A stretch of 58,844 nucleotides of DNA, counting the filler, from Asterionella formosa (lineage: Eukaryota): assembly GCA_002256025.1 (NCBI GenBank). It is 6 parts of 6 records of this genome, joined end to end, with 100 filler letters (N's around TTAATTAATTAA, not from the genome) between each part and the next. Parts side by side here need not be neighbours in the genome. Positions count along the whole stretch, not along the records: positions 49,159 to 58,844 come from NKIB01010314.1; 5 more parts are not named here. One strand, given 5' to 3'. Shown here piece by piece: positions 56,491 through 58,844 of this stretch; positions within the stretch are counted from its first letter, which is position 1, and each line of letters begins with the position of its first letter. The notes under the pieces were generated by a model. The model saw nothing but the letters and a program-made list of their open reading frames with translations. It made no database searches and was not told the origin of the DNA. Made by a program: the position numbers and the translations under genes.

Positions 56491-58806
56491 CTACGCTTGG
56501 CAAGGACACACATAGACTCCAGAGCATCCCGCGTCTGTGAAAGTCACAACCTTAAAGTAGGGATTGGACTCGGCAATCTTCTTGAGCCACTCATTGCAAG
56601 CACCGCAGGGTTTCAGTGGATTTAGATCCTTTGCAGAATGGACCAAAACTGTGCGCTTTTGTTTACGACTTCCACCCATGATTGGTTTGGATGTTGTCTC
56701 CCGTGCTTGTGGATATAAGTGGATACGCCGAATTGGAGTTCCAGGAGGAGTTGGTTCAACACTTGCTGGAACCGGCAAGTGAAAGGCCGGAACTTGTTGG
56801 CCAAGTGATGGATACACTGGAGGTGATTTCTGGACTGTAACCACATTGGCGAGTCGCTCCGTCGTGCATTCTTCGTCATTTTCACCAATTATCCATTCTT
56901 CGTCCTCGTTATTCACTACGCTCGAATAGCTTGCAAAACTCATATTCCGACTGATATTGGTAGGCCTTGATATCAGCTCCTCAGGGTCCGGTAGTGGCAC
57001 AGCCAATACTGCAACCATTCGCAAATCTTCTCGTTTCAGACCAGGATTGCTAGCCAACGCAGTTCCAATCACATTGCGCTCGGCACACAAACTCCCCGTG
57101 GGCATACTAACTTCCATATTAGTTCCACGATACAGGATGGCTGGCTTATTTGGCGGCTGGACCAACAGTACAGCCAGAACAGGCTTATTGGTTTTCCGTA
57201 ACCAAAATTGACGTACATCATTCCGTCCTTCTAGCAATTCCAAGAACTCTTGTCGAAATGCATTCATTTCTACAATTACAGACTTGGTCTCGTCGTCGAG
57301 CACATCAGAACAATCCATAGCAGGAACAGTCTCCATATCTTCAAAAGAATGCATTTCAATGTCATCGTCCACAATTTTTGTGTCGTGCCAAAAGGTCTGG
57401 AGCTGCCAAAAGTGCAAAAAGTCTGGCCTGTAGGGTCGCAATGACGTTTGAATGGCATGTGTACGAGCAGGCGTTCCGTCAGCAAAACTCAAGGTAATAT
57501 GAAAGGACTGCTTCCAGTCTGGACTAAAAGGCCAATCTTCGTACACTTCAAATGAAAGATTCGATCGATCTATTTCATCTGGGTATGGTAGGTTTTTGGC
57601 ATGAGCATCTCTGTAGGCATCAATCTGCGGCACTAGCTCGTGCTTGGCAAATAAGATGTTCTCGTCGTACCTAAAGAGATTTGTTTGAGAATGAATCAAG
57701 ACAATAGTAATTTCGGGGTGTAGGAGTTGAATGAATTTCTCCATGAGCTGGGCACACGCTTCCGTTGAATTTCCGGAAATGGAGTGAGTCCAATTTCGGG
57801 GTGTTCCTACGCCAGAGACCAGAATCAAAACTTTTTTGACATCAGGCGTCGAGGTCGCGTATTTTTGATTCATTTGTTGATTCCATCGAGGCAGTAGAGT
57901 GGCCAGCAGGGGGAAGAAGACATGATCGATCTGAAGCCTTGATGATGTGGCGGTAGCATCTCGTTCGATACGAGGAGCATCTCGGCCTCTCACCCGTAAA
58001 TTAACGAGTTCGTTGCAAGGAATATGCAATCGCTGGTCTTCAAAAGGCAGTTTGAGACCAGCTGGAATTTTCTTCTGTCGACTTGGTCTTGGGGTGACAA
58101 TGGAATACCTAGGTGTAGCGTCCGATCGTTCGTACCGACTAAATGAAACAATTTCAGGATTATCTGGTATCGCTGCCAGGATTCGTCTGGAGTACAAATC
58201 AAAGGCTGAGAATCTAGGCCGACACAGGCAATACTCACCATTGTCCCTAGCGTCCAAGCTCAACACCAGGTCTTTGTGCGATACATTGTGAACGAGCATC
58301 TCCAAATATCTCTGAGGCTCAGTCGATGACTTCTTCGTCAAGTCAGGCGGCACAACAATTTGTTCCAGAACCGAAAGATCCATATTTGGCACTGGTCGAG
58401 ATTCACCAGTCGAGTTCTTCGTTTTGACCGTGTCCATCTGTGAGGCGCTTCTTCCGTCGACGGCCATTTTGACGTTGCGACTTTTGGGAGTTGCATCTTT
58501 CGGCGGCCCTGGAGTGGTTAAATCAGGATCCTTTCCATAAGTCCCTCCTGCATCATCTTCTCCCATCTGATTCCATATCCACCAGGCAGTGAGTGGGAAG
58601 ACAGCGCGTTGCCCAAACAACAAGAGCCACCAGGGAATCGTGGGATTAACAATCTCTCGCGCAAGGACTCTGGACGTCTTTTCCCACGAGACGCGCTTGG
58701 ATCCAGAGTGGGCGATAAAGTAGCCGACTCCGCATGACAAGCCAAGTACTATCGAAGGGACGAGTAGCTGATTGGACTGCCACGAAGGAGTTAAAGGCGG
58801 TGCCAT
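56491..58806 (-). CDS. Large protein with a C-terminal cytidine-deaminase-like zinc domain
   Basis: GTNMEVSMPTGSLCAERNVIG and PCGACNEWL motifs; N-terminal hydrophobic segments; first ATG at 58806. Confidence 0.85.
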   Translation of the reverse strand: MAPPLTPSWQSNQLLVPSIVLGLSCGVGYFIAHSGSKRVSWEKTSRVLAREIVNPTIPWWLLLFGQRAVFPLTAWWIWNQMGEDDAGGTYGKDPDLTTPGPPKDATPKSRNVKMAVDGRSASQMDTVKTKNSTGESRPVPNMDLSVLEQIVVPPDLTKKSSTEPQRYLEMLVHNVSHKDLVLSLDARDNGEYCLCRPRFSAFDLYSRRILAAIPDNPEIVSFSRYERSDATPRYSIVTPRPSRQKKIPAGLKLPFEDQRLHIPCNELVNLRVRGRDAPRIERDATATSSRLQIDHVFFPLLATLLPRWNQQMNQKYATSTPDVKKVLILVSGVGTPRNWTHSISGNSTEACAQLMEKFIQLLHPEITIVLIHSQTNLFRYDENILFAKHELVPQIDAYRDAHAKNLPYPDEIDRSNLSFEVYEDWPFSPDWKQSFHITLSFADGTPARTHAIQTSLRPYRPDFLHFWQLQTFWHDTKIVDDDIEMHSFEDMETVPAMDCSDVLDDETKSVIVEMNAFRQEFLELLEGRNDVRQFWLRKTNKPVLAVLLVQPPNKPAILYRGTNMEVSMPTGSLCAERNVIGTALASNPGLKREDLRMVAVLAVPLPDPEELISRPTNISRNMSFASYSSVVNNEDEEWIIGENDEECTTERLANVVTVQKSPPVYPSLGQQVPAFHLPVPASVEPTPPGTPIRRIHLYPQARETTSKPIMGGSRKQKRTVLVHSAKDLNPLKPCGACNEWLKKIAESNPYFKVVTFTDAGCSGVYVCPCQA

Positions 58807-58844
58807 TCTTGACACAAAGAATACAGCGAAAGCGAGAAAAAAAA

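Overview
Eukaryotic draft-assembly scaffold, most likely from a diatom. This is inferred from near-intronless genes, short GT-AG introns, diatom-type ankyrin/LRR/HSF families and CoDi-like Copia remnants. It has six N gaps, five of them carrying an artificial TTAATTAATTAA linker. Host genes: an ankyrin-like protein, a 2OG-Fe(II) oxygenase-TPR protein, a sirtuin, a secreted LRR protein (1-nt frameshift), a TLDc protein, an uncharacterised 1110-aa protein with four lambda-repressor-like HTH repeats, a BAH-ELM2-SANT-PAH protein (2 introns), an intronless telomerase reverse transcriptase (TERT), a membrane-anchored papain-family protease (1 intron), an EXD2-type HNH-only protein, a small diatom-family protein, a frameshifted HSF and a large cytidine-deaminase-domain protein. 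Intergenic DNA is rich in mobile elements: two Copia remnants, a full-length but inactivated pogo/Tigger transposon, a MITE-like family, minisatellites and two related, highly structured tRNA-headed SINE-like families. The best leads are the tRNA-derived elements, the 4xHTH gene bracketed by ~430-bp inverted repeats, a TERT lacking the conserved TEN-domain glutamine, the PAH-fused BAH-ELM2-SANT protein and a GGTACC-based motif enriched upstream of genes. All calls are by eye; no database searches were run, so novelty is unverified.
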